DNA from: Klebsormidium nitens
Taxonomy: Eukaryota > Plantae > Klebsormidiophyceae
DNA length: 64,000 bases
Assembly (NCBI GenBank): GCA_000708835.1
Contig: DF237113.1
Location: 100,263 to 164,262 of the forward strand
Direction: 5' to 3'
Positions 12,879 through 25,674 of the stretch are shown one piece after another; the stretch's first letter is position 1; each line of letters begins with the position of its first letter. Both the position numbers and the translations under genes were made by a program. A model generated the notes under the pieces. It saw nothing but the letters and a program-made list of their open reading frames with translations. It searched no databases and was not told where the DNA came from.

Positions 12879-15800
12879 ATGACGTACAAGGGCGTCGCGC
12901 TTAGAAAGAGATCAGGAGGCGAGAGATGGGAGACTTATCTGACAATAAATTCAAGATTTGTTCCTCTAGGCACCTATTCGGACCAGGAAGAAGCTGCGAG
13001 AGCACGTGACAGGTTAGCAAGGACCTTGATTCCATCAGACTTTCACCTACGAGGTTATGGGGACATCTTGGATGAGGCCTGCATAATTTCCTTCGGGAAA
13101 AGCAAGGTTTCGGTATTCAGAAGGCTATAGAGCCACAGCAATGCAACGTTCTATCCAGAATGAGAATGAGTCGATGACTTGTTTCCCACTGCAAAGTTAG
13201 ATGGAAAATCATGGCTTTTAATTTTCTATCAATGCTACAAGAATCCGAAGCAGGCTTTCTGCAGAAAGGCTACTGCACCCATAGGAAGCTGCTCTACAAG
13301 TGCTGTCCACAAAGTACACTGTATCTTTTAGCGAGCAAACCAATCACTGCGTCTTTGCAAGGCTTGCAGTAGGGGTCTGGTAGAGTACTGGATTTTGGTT
13401 TCTTTTTAGGGGTGAGGAGAACGCTGCCGTTTGAGAAAGAAACGAAAGGTTGCTGTTTGCAGGGGGGCGTACAAACTCCTGGGACCCGCTGCCCAGCTCA
13501 ACTTTCCGCTGTCAGAGGAGGAGAAGGCCGCGCTGGATGGCATGTCAGAAGAGGATTTTCTGGCGTCTGTGAAGAAGAGGTCTGTGGAGAGGAGCTTTTC
13601 AAAGGGGACCTCAAAGTACAGAGGCGTCAGTTTGGAGAGCGGAAAATGGGCGGCGAACATCCGCATCAAGGGGGTAAAGAGACGCATTGGGAAGTTTCAC
13701 ACTGAGGAAGAGGCTGCGGCCGCTTATGATGCCGCTTTGATCGAGCGAGACGGCCCGGGGGCTCTGACAAACGCTGCTTTCCCCTCCGGCTTCTCCAAGG
13801 AGGCTCTGAAGGAGAACCTGAGGCTTCAAGCTCAGCGAAGACGGGAACTAGACTTGGAAGATGAGCAGAAGGATGCGGAAGACGATGAGCAAGATGAAGA
13901 CGAACTTGGACGAGCAGGTAAAGTCTTTTACGCACTCTGAAGAAGAAGACTTGGCACCAAGCTCCTTGGAGGAGGTTCGCAGAAGAATGGTCTCTTTGAA
14001 GCTCAGTACACAGGACAAATATAGGGATTGCATGTTTCGCGAACACTACTAGCAGAGTCTAATTCTTTTAATGCGCGCCTGGAAGGTTCTTGATTGTCTG
14101 GACTCTGATTCGATGATCTTGGAGATTCTTCTGTCAGTCGGTCTTGTCGCTGATGCAGATGTCGGGAAGCACAAGAGCAGGAAAGAGAGACTTCGCAAAA
14201 GGCAAGCCGTCAGGGAAGGTGGCCTGGATGGCACCGAAGGTACGGAGCAGGCGCAAACTGGAGCAGCAGGTATGCTCGCCTACAAATTGCATGCTCAGCA
14301 GCATTCTGGGAGCAAACAATGCATCGACTTGCATGAACCTTACATCGCAGCTGTCTCACGAAGCGTTTGTTTGCTTCGATTTTGCAGATGGCGAGACGAC
14401 TGAAGAAGCTGCCCATGGTGAGGACTGCAAGGAGGCAGACAGCGGGACCTCGGACACAGAGTCAGGTGATTGATTCGAGATTTGAGATTATTTGAGAGCA
14501 TTACGAATGATCTTTTCTTATTTTGCACTTAGAGAATGCTTCTTGATCACCATAACTTCTCTCTTCGCTTTACAAAAACGGCTGTCCCATGACAGACATT
14601 AACGATTCACGACCTTACATCTTGAGCATTGGTTGGGTGGAATATTTCTTCTTCGAATCATCTTTGATCTAGATCTGGAAGCATTGAAACTTTTTGTACG
14701 GATCTGTGCACAACATGCCTCTCAAGCTTCTGACTTGATGTAACGCATCTATTGCAGAGGCCAGCGACGACGAGTTGGACCTTTCAGAGGACGACGAGGA
14801 ACCCACTCCAGAAGAACTTGCAATGGATGAGCAAGTCTGGCGGCCGACTATTTACAGGTAAGACAGCTACTGGAAGCAGGTTTGTCTTCTCGCCATAGAG
14901 GAGGGATTGCCGTAAGGCTACTTCCGAGCAGCAGAGTACGCGTTCCGTCCAGTTACCAGAGCAGATACACAGACGTTGAGCAATTAACTCGATACTCCCT
15001 GTTTCGCACATGGAAAACAAACTCATTTCTCTTGGCGCTCTTTGCTCTCGCACTGTGTTTTGTCCTTTTACGGTTGAAGACGACTAGTACTCTGCAGAGA
15101 TCATCCAATTGGTTTGTTCCATCAATTGCAGCGAGCATTTTCTGAGACTGGGCGCTGCCGCTGAGGCCAGGGGCCTGCGCGTACCAGCGGAACTGAGCAG
15201 GCAGATCAAGTGAGCAGATGGAGGTCCATTCAATTGAGACCTGCGCTGAAGAAAGGAATCATAATGCTGGAGTTGACACGCACGAAGCTATCACCACAAG
15301 CTGCCCTCAACAGGCTGAGGAACAGGCCGGTGCCGACCGCGCAATACATGCTTGCTGGAGAATTCTGTATACTGTTTAGAATCGGTTATTTGGACCCTAC
15401 CATACCTACACTGCAAATCTCCCTATTTCTGTTGCTGCAGCCTCTGAATTTAGGAGCTCTTAGCCGCCACAATATATACCGAGGTATTGCGTACGCTGCT
15501 AAGGCCTTGTTTTATCTCGTGCAGGGAATGGAAGGATATAATGTCAGCCGAGAAGGCAGAAAGTGGTTCTGAGGCACAGAGTACACAGGGCGGAGGTAAG
15601 AAGATTCTGATGGCACAAGGCTCGACTTAAAAGCGGAAAGGAGCTTCTCTGTGGTGTTGTTCGGGGTCACATTCTCATGTACAGCTATAAGCTGCCTACG
15701 AATAACCATTTCTTGCACGCATCAAGGATGTATCCTTGTCAACTTTCAGCACTCTCTCCGAAAAGAACAGAGTCACTCCTTTGGACTCAGAACTCAGTTC

Positions 15801-18800
15801 CTTCGAAAGAGCAAGTGGAAGAGACTCTCCTCTTTTCTTCGATTGACTCTATATCTTCATTCCAACGTCGGATTCACTTCTCCTTTTAGACTCTACGAGA
15901 AACGAGCCCTGAGCGCAAACAGCACAGCAAGAAATAGATTCTTTTGCTTTTTAAGGCAAGCGGCTATTCGCTGCCAATTCTCCTCACATCTTTAGAATTT
16001 CTATCTGTATCTTTTGCAGAGTTTACTGGGCTTGGCCCTTTCGGCAACTGGCCGTTCGACGAGGAGCTCCTGAGCCACGCCGTCTTCATTCAAGACCTGG
16101 ACACCGACGTCATCAGAGTTGACGTCAGCCGGGCGGCCTTCGAGGCGGCCGAAGCGCGGGGCATCTGCAGAAAGAGTGACGTCATCGGAGGATTATACAA
16201 TCTGAATCAGGCGGAGCGTCATCAAGAGGACGGGGAGGAGTCAGAGTGGCCATTCCAGGTAACCTTAACTACCAGAGATGCTAGAAGCAGTTCTTCCCAG
16301 ACGTAGCTGTCAACTATGTCAGGTTCAATAGCTTTGAGATCTGTCCCATACCAGCAGCAAACCTTTTGCTGAGCGCCCCGTACAACATCTGATAACCTGT
16401 GCCACCTATTCTAATGTTCTCTTTATGCAAGCAAGAACAGCGTGTAAAACTTTCAGAGACCAATTTATGAGAGAAAGTGTTTTTTGATTTCCGACGTACT
16501 CTTCATTTTGCTGGATAAGTTGTTCCCTGCACTTCATCGATCCCAATGCTAACGTCCGACGCCCGTCCGACCCTAACGTCGACCGCATCTGGACTGACGT
16601 CATCGAGAAGGCGCCTGAGGGCTTCTCTGACGAAAAGAACGCACTGCGAGCGGAGTTTGCGCAGCTGAGAGAAGGGGCTTTGGAAGGCATCACTTCAATC
16701 ACGGAAAAGCTGGAATACAGAAGAAATACTGCGAGGTACGTGACAATCAGCAAGTGCGAGACGAATGGTAAAAGACTGCACAATCTTCTGTGAAACATCT
16801 CAGAATATTACTGGCCGCTGGATCTTATCAGCATCTGAGCGCTTTTCGAGGTTAGAGCTGGTAAATGAGACAATTCACGACCATATGTTCTCCTCAGTGT
16901 CCCGTTATGTCTAAAATGGCGTATTAGATCAGCTCACTTTGTGACTTGGAAGAAAAACCGGCTTTGAGTCGCGTCAGATTGTCTACCATCTGAGTCTCGA
17001 AATCTGCAGTGAAGTGGGCGACAATCCGATGGCAGCGTTCCTCGAAGGAATGTACGACGAGTTCACCGACCAGGATCCAAATTCCGGCGCCGGCCAAGCC
17101 ACCCTCGAGTTCCTGGATGACGTCATGGCAACCGGTTGGGACTGCTACCTGAACCCGCGCCCGGGGCGAGACCCGCGGATCATGGACTTTGAGCCAGGGT
17201 TTAAGCGGACCGACGCGGAGCACGCGGCCGCGATGCGCGCGCTGAAGCCGCCCGCGCCGCTGATGGCGCGTCTGGTGGAGAAGGAGGAGAGGAGGACGAA
17301 GAAACGGGAGCGGCGCGGCAGAGTGAGGAATTATAACATTTGGGTTTCTGCTATTTGCCGAAGAGAGATTTAGGAGCTTTACCAGATGGACTTATCAGAA
17401 GAGACACGGTTTTCTTTCAGAAGTGGGTGAGCCTCGAAGCTGGGTTAGGGAGATCTTTGGCACAGACAGATACCAGGACTCCTCGTCCACTGTAAGATTG
17501 GAAGAGGGTCACATCGTCGAACTTTGATTTTTGAATGATGGAGAGGTCTGGAAATTGTCCATTGGGTAGACCCTTCTGACTCACTGTGCAGCTTCTGAAA
17601 GGAATGTGCCTGGCCGAATAAATTTCCGATTCGCTTCCTCCTCTTGTCGTTCCCAGAGTGAAGCGGTTGATGAGTTCTCCGCGGATCCACAGGAGGCTCC
17701 CGCGTTTCCCTGGGGCAACGCTGCGGAAGAGCAGCGACCGGAAGACGTCTCGGAAGAGGAGTGGAGCGAGGAGGACGAGCGCGAGGCGAAACGTCGGAAG
17801 AGAGAGTGGGCACAGGGCTACTACACAAAAGGTGAGGCAAATCAGCGCGGCTGCCGCAATTTATTGCTGACGTCATCTTCAACCAACCCCCGGGCAACTG
17901 CCGCAGACAAAAGCAGTTGTAAGATGGTATACGGCCGCTGGCAAGCGGCAGCGTTCTCCGATGATTCCTATCAGAGTAAATGTGAGAAGCGCCAATGCTT
18001 CGACGAGAGTACCCCGTCCGCGTTCTGGGAGCAGTGAACAACTCTTTATGTCACGTACCAATCTTTTCCGAGTGCTTAGATGTGCTCGAATCGCATGAAA
18101 GCACTGCCTGACCTGTCAGTTGTTCTGGCTGAGAAGCACCGAGATGCCCAGTCAAAGTACTCGATGCACATCAAATATCGAGAGAATGAGGGTTTTAACT
18201 TTCAAAGATCAGGGCATCCAGATATTCACACGTGTCGTTCGTGCAGAGGACCGCAAGAAGGGGTGGACGCGTGCAGCCGTCGATCTCGCCGAGAAAGGTG
18301 AGAGGCATTATTCGCGTTCTGCGGGGGCGCGCAGTGAATTTTTGTCGAGTCCTTGCAGAAAGTCGTGGCTAGTTCGTGACGCTGAACGTTACGAAATCAA
18401 CTAGCACTCTTCAGGCGCGTTTCGACGACACTTCAGCTCCTTCGGTGGTCCGAAGCGTACCTGTGGCAGCAGGGCTGAGTTTTTGTAGGACACGTTGATG
18501 AGGCGTAACGATACTGATGTAGATTCTCCAGGTAATAACAGATTCGATCGTCGAAAGTGTCCTAGGATCCGTGCAGCAAGCTCACTGCGAAGCTATCAAG
18601 CTCGACGGTAAGATGTATGTGTTGGGCGGTACAAAAGCGCAAAGTCCTCTTGTCCTTGAGCTACTATTATAAGACAGATTCTTTACACAATCTCTATGTA
18701 CAGTGTACGGAACGAAAGACTTTGGGCTGGTTCGTCGCCAGCTGTGTGCGCTACTGGAAGGCCGCCCGCGCGAAGAGAAGGCGCCTGACTCAACCAAGCC

Positions 18801-18852
18801 GCCCCCAGAGAAGGCTGATCCTGACGACCCAGCCTTGCGCAGAGAGCCGTGA
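12879..18852 (+). CDS. double-AP2-domain transcription factor-like protein with a long acidic C-terminal extension
   Basis: AP2 repeat 1 YKGV...WETYL...LGTYSDQEEAARARDR|GAYKLLGPAAQLNFP (12879-13012, 13463-), linker ending SFSKGTSKYRGV, repeat 2 GKWAANIRI...IGKFHTEEEAAAAYDAA (to 13917). Further exons about 14388-14465, 14758-14857, 15132-15209, 15525-15595, 16020-16258, 16520-16735, 17010-17322, 17657-17831, 17906-, and probably up to 18704-18852. One junction near 16259-16520 and the 3' end (18037 vs 18852) are unresolved. Confidence 0.7.
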
Positions 18853-19779
18853 ATAGGTCATGCAGGAGAACACTGAGTGCTTCTAGACTGGTCCTGTCAA
18901 TCGAGTAGACGGTGGAAGATGACGTTCATGGCCGATAACTGTAGCACATCTCAGAACCTCAATCAAGCAGGCTGACTGATCAATGACTTGGGTTCGAGTC
19001 CGTGTTGCAGCTCAAGGCAGAAGACAGAAGACAAAGAACACAGTATACTAACGCGTCCGGATGGGTTGGCCGGAAGGTCCTACGCAAGTTACCGACGGAT
19101 TAACGTGATCCGAAAGAGCTTCCATGAAGAACTTTCATGCACGTGCATGCATCCCATTGCGCCATGTAGTGGCTGAGTCAGCTATAGTGCAGAACGCGAC
19201 CACGTGCGTTAGTGCCAGAGTTAGCACAATCGAGATAATGAGATAGATGCACCGACCGCACGTCGGCATCGAGCTCAAATTAAATCATGATCGTGGTCAT
19301 ACGGATCAGCCGGGAGCTCACGGAGTCGATAGAAGTTACCTGATGTCGGGCTTTCAAGTTTGATAAGATTCAGATTTTTGCTTTCTTAAGATGTGTGAGC
19401 TTCATTAAATCACATATTTTTGGCGGCCCTTCCTCTCAATCTCTTGGCAAATGTATCTATATTATCAATGTCAAGATAAAACTCAATGTCAAATCTATCT
19501 CGCATATACATACTATATTATCTGTAAGTATAGGTCTTGTGTAAAAATGTACGGTCTTCCCAGAATGTACAAAAGTAGAATGCATCCTACACACGGGATA
19601 ATACTCCCGATGTTTTCGAACCAAGACTCCAATCTCCCTGATTATCCAAACACAATGCCAAGCCCTTTTTACACACTTCGTCACTGCGCACTAATGCACT
19701 CACATAAACACTCATTTACGCTAATTGCACAACATGACGATGCCTTCGACCGGCCACGCCTGACCGGGTCATTTTGGCC

Positions 19780-22700
19780 TCATTCGCTTCCGGGGGCTTT
19801 GACCGGCCAGAACTTGCCAAAGTGGGTGACGAAGCCCTCGAAGATTGTGCCGCCCACAAAGACGGTCAGGAAGTACCACCACTCGTAGAAAAGCAGGTCG
19901 CGGGGGCCCGACTGGGCAGCGTCCCAGGCACCGTAGTAGAGGGCCAGAGCGCCGGCACCCAGGATCGGAATCTGCGCATACGAAGCTAGTGGTCAGGAAA
20001 AGGAGCGGAACGGAACGGAACGGAACGGAACCAAGTCGGACGGAACGGGATGTAGGCGGGCAGCGTCCAGAGCGCCGGCGCCCAGGATCGGCATCTGCAC
20101 GTTCGAAGCTTGCGGTCAGGAACGGAACGGACTTGGACGGAACGGAATCAGTGTGGGCAGCATTTCAGGCTCCGTAGTAGAGGGCCAGAGCGCCGGCGCG
20201 CAGGATCCGAATCTGCGCACACGAAGCTAGTGGTCCAAGGAGCGGACAGGAATTGAGCGGAACGAAATCGATCTGGGCGCCGAGGATTGAGTTCTGCGCA
20301 TGCGGAGCCATCTTAGAAGTCCATGTCGGAACGGCATTGAGCGAACGGGAATTGCAGACGGCGCCCGCAATCGGGATCTGCGCATGTGAAGCCGGTGTCG
20401 CGGTTAGCGCGCGGAATAGCTTTGAACGAAACGGTATAAGCGGGGGGCGCCCGACGTGAGAGTCCGCACAAGTGTAGCCAGTATCACGGTCAACGAACGG
20501 AACGATTGTGAGCGGCGCCCAGATTTGGAATCTGCGTAGGCGAAGCCTGTGGCATGATCAGGGAGCGGAATGAACGGAATTGCTAGAGAGGTAAGGGAAA
20601 GCGTTGCCAAAATAGAGAGAGCTGCAAGGAAAGGGTCCCGAGAAGCGTCTAACGGAGCCACTTTCTTGACGGGGCTTTCAGCTGGCACGCTGGGGAGAAG
20701 CAGCTACTGACAGAAATGCCATGGAGAATTGTGAATGAGAATCTCAACGTCAAAGCCAAGGGAATGAAGCAATGAAAGCGTGCAAGCGCGGGAAAAAGGA
20801 GGGAGGAAAAACGATCTGTATCCACCTGCTTTCATAGGTGTCCAGAGTGGTTGGTCACGACATGAAACGCAAAGGGAGGAACAGACAACCCTCAGGAAAG
20901 GGGCGCGGGAGGGGCCGGGGGTAGGAAATCCAAGGCACAAGAGTGTAAGAAAAGTGCTATCAAATTGCTTGCTGGATTGTCCAAAGTAGGAGGAATCGGT
21001 CACGATGTGGAGTCCACGGGGAAAGTACGTCAAAGAACTCTTGAGGCAGGGAAGAGTGAAGGGAAAAAAAGCGGTGGAACGTCCTGAGATAATGGTACGA
21101 ACCTGCTTCCAGAGGTGCACGAAGTGGATCTGATTGGTCACAATGTGGAAGATGTGCTCGAAGGCCGTCTGCGCCGTGCAAAACGCGAGCAGCAGCACGA
21201 TCGGTTGGCGAGTGGGGTCGTTCCAGAACATGACGGTCGGGATGAGGAAGTTGAGGGTTGCGAACAGGTGGCCGAAGCTCTTGTGGAACGTGATGTTGTT
21301 GAGCGTGACGTCATACTGGGGGTACGTGGCGGAATTGTTGGCGCCGGGGGCGGTCGGGAGGCCGAAATGGTGCTGCCACGGGTCGCCTGGAAGCGGGGTA
21401 TCACGGTCTCAGGATTTTAGGATTTTAGGATTTCCTTATCTTTGGAGATTCGGATTTCTTGGGGCAGCAGATTTTGAGCCTTTGGTTTTCAAGGTTGCCT
21501 GACAGATGAAGGCTTGGGGAGTTTAGTGTTTTGAGGGTTGAAAGTTTCACCGAATTAGAACAGGTATATTAGGGGGGGGTAAAAGTTCGGAGTTTTGGGG
21601 GCCAGCCCCAAATGATTCTGTCAGATAGCGCCTACAATAGACAAGTAGACCCTTACCCTTAGCAAGGGGCCGTTCCGCAAGGCTCTAGCCAAGGTGTTGA
21701 GCGCTGCTCCGACAAGGGTCCCTGATGCTCCCCCCATATTTCCTTACATGCAGCCTGGATTTTGAGTAAGGGCTCACAGGATACCAGACCTTGCATTGCA
21801 CCAGCACACAATTTCCCTTTACTGGCTCTGCCCTTGCAAGCCTGCCTCTGCCGCTATCTATGATCAGTGCCTTCTGAGTGCTTCTCGTAGTCCTAATGCA
21901 ACTGTTCTTATTGTAGTGCTAGATGGAACAAAGTTGTAAATGTAGTTCAGGTGCCGCAAAGAATCCCCTTTGCAGGAACCCCGTCTCAGCTACTCACCTC
22001 TCTTGCCCCAGCCAGGCTTGCCAGAGAATTCAAAGAGTGTCTTTGGAAAGGACACTCCAAATCGCGTAGCATCCTCAATCACAGCCTCAGAAGGGAGGTC
22101 TCCACTTATGGCTTCGTTTGGTGAGGTGGCAGTCATACGCACTTTGGAGCGGCCTTGAGGGACCTAAGCACAAGGATAAATGTAAGGTTAAGTTTAATGA
22201 TGTTACCAGCTTGAGGTGGGTGGGATAACTTGGGGGTGTATTGTAGGTACAAATGCGGAGCGGGTAATTTTAAGGATTAGGGTTTTGGTATAAATTGGGG
22301 AACTCGGTTCTACTAAAGCATCCTCTTCCGACAAGGACCATTCATTGTACAAGGAGCTCTCAAGATTGGCGCTCCAAGAATGCCAATGAGAAGTCATATC
22401 GAGAAAAAATACTTTTGTCTAACTTGGAAGACAAAATCCTGAAAGCGCCAGATTCCTATTGTTGCTTGACTCTCTGTCCTCATTCCTCAACCAGGAAATC
22501 AGTCAACATTGATATCCGCACCCAAAAGCAAAGCTTTTTCGTCTGAAGAGATAGCCACCAAGACAGTAATCTTCGCAATGACCCTTGCATTGTACAGATT
22601 TGGCTTGCAACAGCTTTGCTTGCAGAGCACCAATTGGCACATGTCTTGCCTTCAAACCAAACCCTGAAGGACTCATTCTTCATGTGTGTTGGAAAGTTTG

Positions 22701-23637
22701 TCTGGGAGCCGTTGTAACAACAACTGTGTTTCATTCATAGGCTTTCCAGAATATGTCTCACTTTAGTGGCTTCTTCTGCAAGGACAAGCTCTATGTTCTG
22801 ACCCTCTAAACCCAGGAATTCATGCACAGGTTTCCAGAAGCCTCCCATTGCCCCCAGAAAGCTGAAAAGCAGTGAGCTTTCCTCAAAAGCATGGAAGCCT
22901 CACCAGTGGAAGCCTCATCCCCAGCACAACACTGCGTTGGGTAAGCTGAGGTCTAAACAACCTGCAATAGAAACATAATGTCAAGCAATAAATCTTCCAA
23001 GGGGTTCCCGCAAGCCCAATCATCAAGCTGCTGGGAAGCACAATCGGAATTTAGCAAGCGACAGATGCTTCAGCATAATAGTGCCTTGAAATGTGAGGGT
23101 TGGGGACTTTTCTTTTAGAACTAGTCCAATAGGAGACTCCTATGCATTTTAGAAAATCAAAGATGTGCCTGCACTCAGGCTGACAGAAACCCTGCGGGTA
23201 AAAGATGAATACTGTTTCCTCAGGAGAAGGAGGATTTTGTGGCTCCCTTTAGCCCCACAAAAGCAGGGAGTTCTTCTTGGCACTTCCCCTGACCTTCTGA
23301 TTCCAATTGACTCTTACCTTGATTTGTTTTTGAAAATTGAAGACCAAAATGATGATAGGAAAGGAAGAATGAAAAAAAGGCTGAGGGTAATCTTTGAGGC
23401 AGCTGTTCCGCCGGTCTTAAGTAATACTTACGAAAAGTGGGTCATTCTTATAGAACGAAACAAGCAGCTCTTAGAGAATCTCCTAACCTTCAGAAATATC
23501 CATGGGGCCGGTCATCGTAAGCATACTCACCTTTCCTGGCTCGACGAGGTGGACGCTTTGCATTGCATTCCATATCTGATCGGCGCAACTTGAAGGGCGC
23601 CTCCAAAAGCCCTGCAGCTGGCCAAAGAAGAGGCCAT
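19780..23637 (-). CDS. His-rich multi-pass membrane protein of unknown family, probably plastid-targeted
   Basis: Firm phase-matched exons 22163-21998, 21386-21103, 19911-19780 (TGA) encode ...KVRMTATS...GKRGDPWQHHFG...FHKSFGHLFATLNFLIPTVMFWNDP...FEHIFHIVTNQIHFVHLWKQSGPRDLLFYEWWYFLTVFVGGTIFEGFVTHFGKFW. Likely 5' exons 23637-23531 (MASSLASCRAF..., transit-peptide-like) and 22961-22904; exons between 22904 and 22163 are unresolved. Confidence 0.65.
19912..20620. repeat. intronic degenerate tandem repeat with (CGGAA)n spacers next to the 3' splice site
   Basis: Three good and about three decayed copies of GAGCGCCGGCRCCCAGGATCGGAATCTGCGCA...CGAAGC, separated by GGAAC microsatellite tracts. Confidence 0.8.
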
Positions 23638-24935
23638 CTTCTTAAGATGCCGTGGGCTCTTACTCAGCTACGAAAGAGCCCTGTCGAAGAGAAGGAGAAA
23701 GCTCTTCCAAAAAGTGGAGGAGCGGTTGAACGATGGCGGCAAGTTGGACCTGCTGGAAAGGCCGGCTTTCGATGGGACAATTTAGCAGGGAAAGTCTTTC
23801 TCTTATCGGCCTTGATCATTGATGGGATGAGGAGTGACAGGACCTCCATAAATGACAGTTGACTCGAGCAGACATTGGGATTGGGAGGACTCCAAACTTT
23901 CTAGAACGTCAGCAAAGCGAATCTGCACTGAAGGCTGAAGCTCTTCAGCCTGCCTGCCGCCCGCCTGCCGCCAGTGCCGCGTCCATGGACCATCATAGGT
24001 ATCATGCTTCTGACTTCATCATGCATGGAGCTCTCTTTGACTGTGCACCGTACGGCAGGACGACTGCACCAGAGAATATTTAATACTCGCGTTGCCGAGT
24101 CAACTCCGCTGGACGACAAAATCGCTAGAGTTACTGTCGTAGGTTCTGCCCGGGGGACAAGGGGGTTTTGGCTTTGGTTACTGAGCTCAAGCACAGAGAA
24201 AAACACTGGTCTAGACTCCCAACCCTCTCGGTTAGACCTTGTTCCGTCGACACATTCCCAGGGCCTTCGAAGCGGGCCCGGCTCCGACCGACACGGAGGC
24301 CGACTTTAACGGAATCGTCGAACGTGTCCCGGCCATCATCAACTGCCACCTGTGTCCAGTGCGGCGAACCGTCGTACAAGGTAGTCGTTGAATAGGTTTT
24401 AACTCGATATCGTGGTATTAACCTTGACTCATGATAACCAGTTCTAGTAGTTGACCCTAAATGGGCCCCGGCCCCCGGGCCTCGGCGGCCCGACGTTTAA
24501 TTAACGGGCAATTAAATGATATTGCCGTTACCTTTTGATAGCGCAAACCGGGTCCAAACAAGTGTCCCGACTCTCTGGTGGAAAGGCAAGGAGAAGTTTA
24601 ACCTACCGTACCCTTATACCTGTGGGAAACTTTGACCCCCCGGCTCGAATCATTACGATTGAAAACTCGCACTAACCTTTCGTTCTGAAGCAATGGTTGC
24701 ACCTTGCGACCCGCACACGGACTCCATTGCTAGCTGCACAGCCAGGTTTGACCCGGGTTTAGGTCCAGGTACGTTTGTCGGTGTCGAAGTACGATCGACG
24801 ATAGGATTCAATCGAAGCCAGACGCAAAACCCTTGCGAGGCCGTAAGCCACGTGTGGCGGCCGGCATGCCCAAGGGCGGCGCCGCGCGCCGGCCCGGGCT
24901 GCACAGTGCAGACTCATGCACGTACCCCGGCCGCC

Positions 24936-24942
24936 TTTATAG
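24936..24942 (-). promoter_or_regulatory. candidate TATA box (CTATAAA on minus strand) for the downstream minus-strand transcript
   Basis: TATA consensus with a GCCACGTGTGGC G-box-containing palindrome nearby (about 24848-24859). Splice-like segments at 24727-24677 and 24349-24238 suggest additional 5' exons. Confidence 0.35.
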
Positions 24943-25674
24943 ACGGTTTCTCGCGCCTTCAAGCGTTGAATGCAAGATTGCTGGCCAGACAGACAGTGCA
25001 GTGTCCGACCCAATAGGCCCCTTCAATGTCATGACTCTTGCTCGCCGGGGTGTTCATCACTTACTGCATTGGGACTTCAAGCCTGCAACCATGTTGCATA
25101 AGCTGGCGCGCACGATCGGCATGGGCATGAGCTACGAATGCCACACCGGCCCCTAATTGTCGTACGCACATTGATGTGTTGCCAGATCCGTGCCTGACAG
25201 ACTTCACTTATGGGCGCACGGAGCTTCAACAGGCTAATGATCCGCATGCATTACCGAAAGACTTCAGCATGCCCGTTCATAGGCTTCGAGAAGCGCTTGC
25301 ATAATTCCAAGCGCAGCAATAATTGGTCGGTTCCGGTGAGTGTTTCGGACGCAAATCCTCAGCTCAAATGGGGTGCACTGCAGGGGCGGTGGTTATGACT
25401 TTTTGAGGGCAGCACAATTTGTTAGGACTGTGCTCCGCCTACCGCTTCTTTATCGAGGCTCTCTGAGAGCTAACGAACTGTTCCGCAGTGAAAAGTCACG
25501 GGATCTTCCAAAACCCCACTGCGCACTTGCGTGAGAATTATTTACATCATGAAGAAGGCCCAGCTCTCCCTGGAGTCTTAAGTACGCTGATTCCGGCACA
25601 TCCCACCGTTTCAGTACGCTTTCTTGCTCGACCGTCAGTCAACTCGTCCTAATCTGGTCAACGCGGCTTCGCTG

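Noticed and set aside
19912-20620. Repeat with variable spacers as a CRISPR array
   Set aside because: Spacers are GGAAC microsatellite, repeats are degenerate, and the location is intronic.
21412-21432. GGATTTTA repeats as interstitial telomere
   Set aside because: Only two to three imperfect units in an intron.
21600-24400. Initial impression of a retrotransposon
   Set aside because: No RT, RNase H, integrase or recombinase motifs and no LTRs; the region contains minus-strand exons of a host gene.
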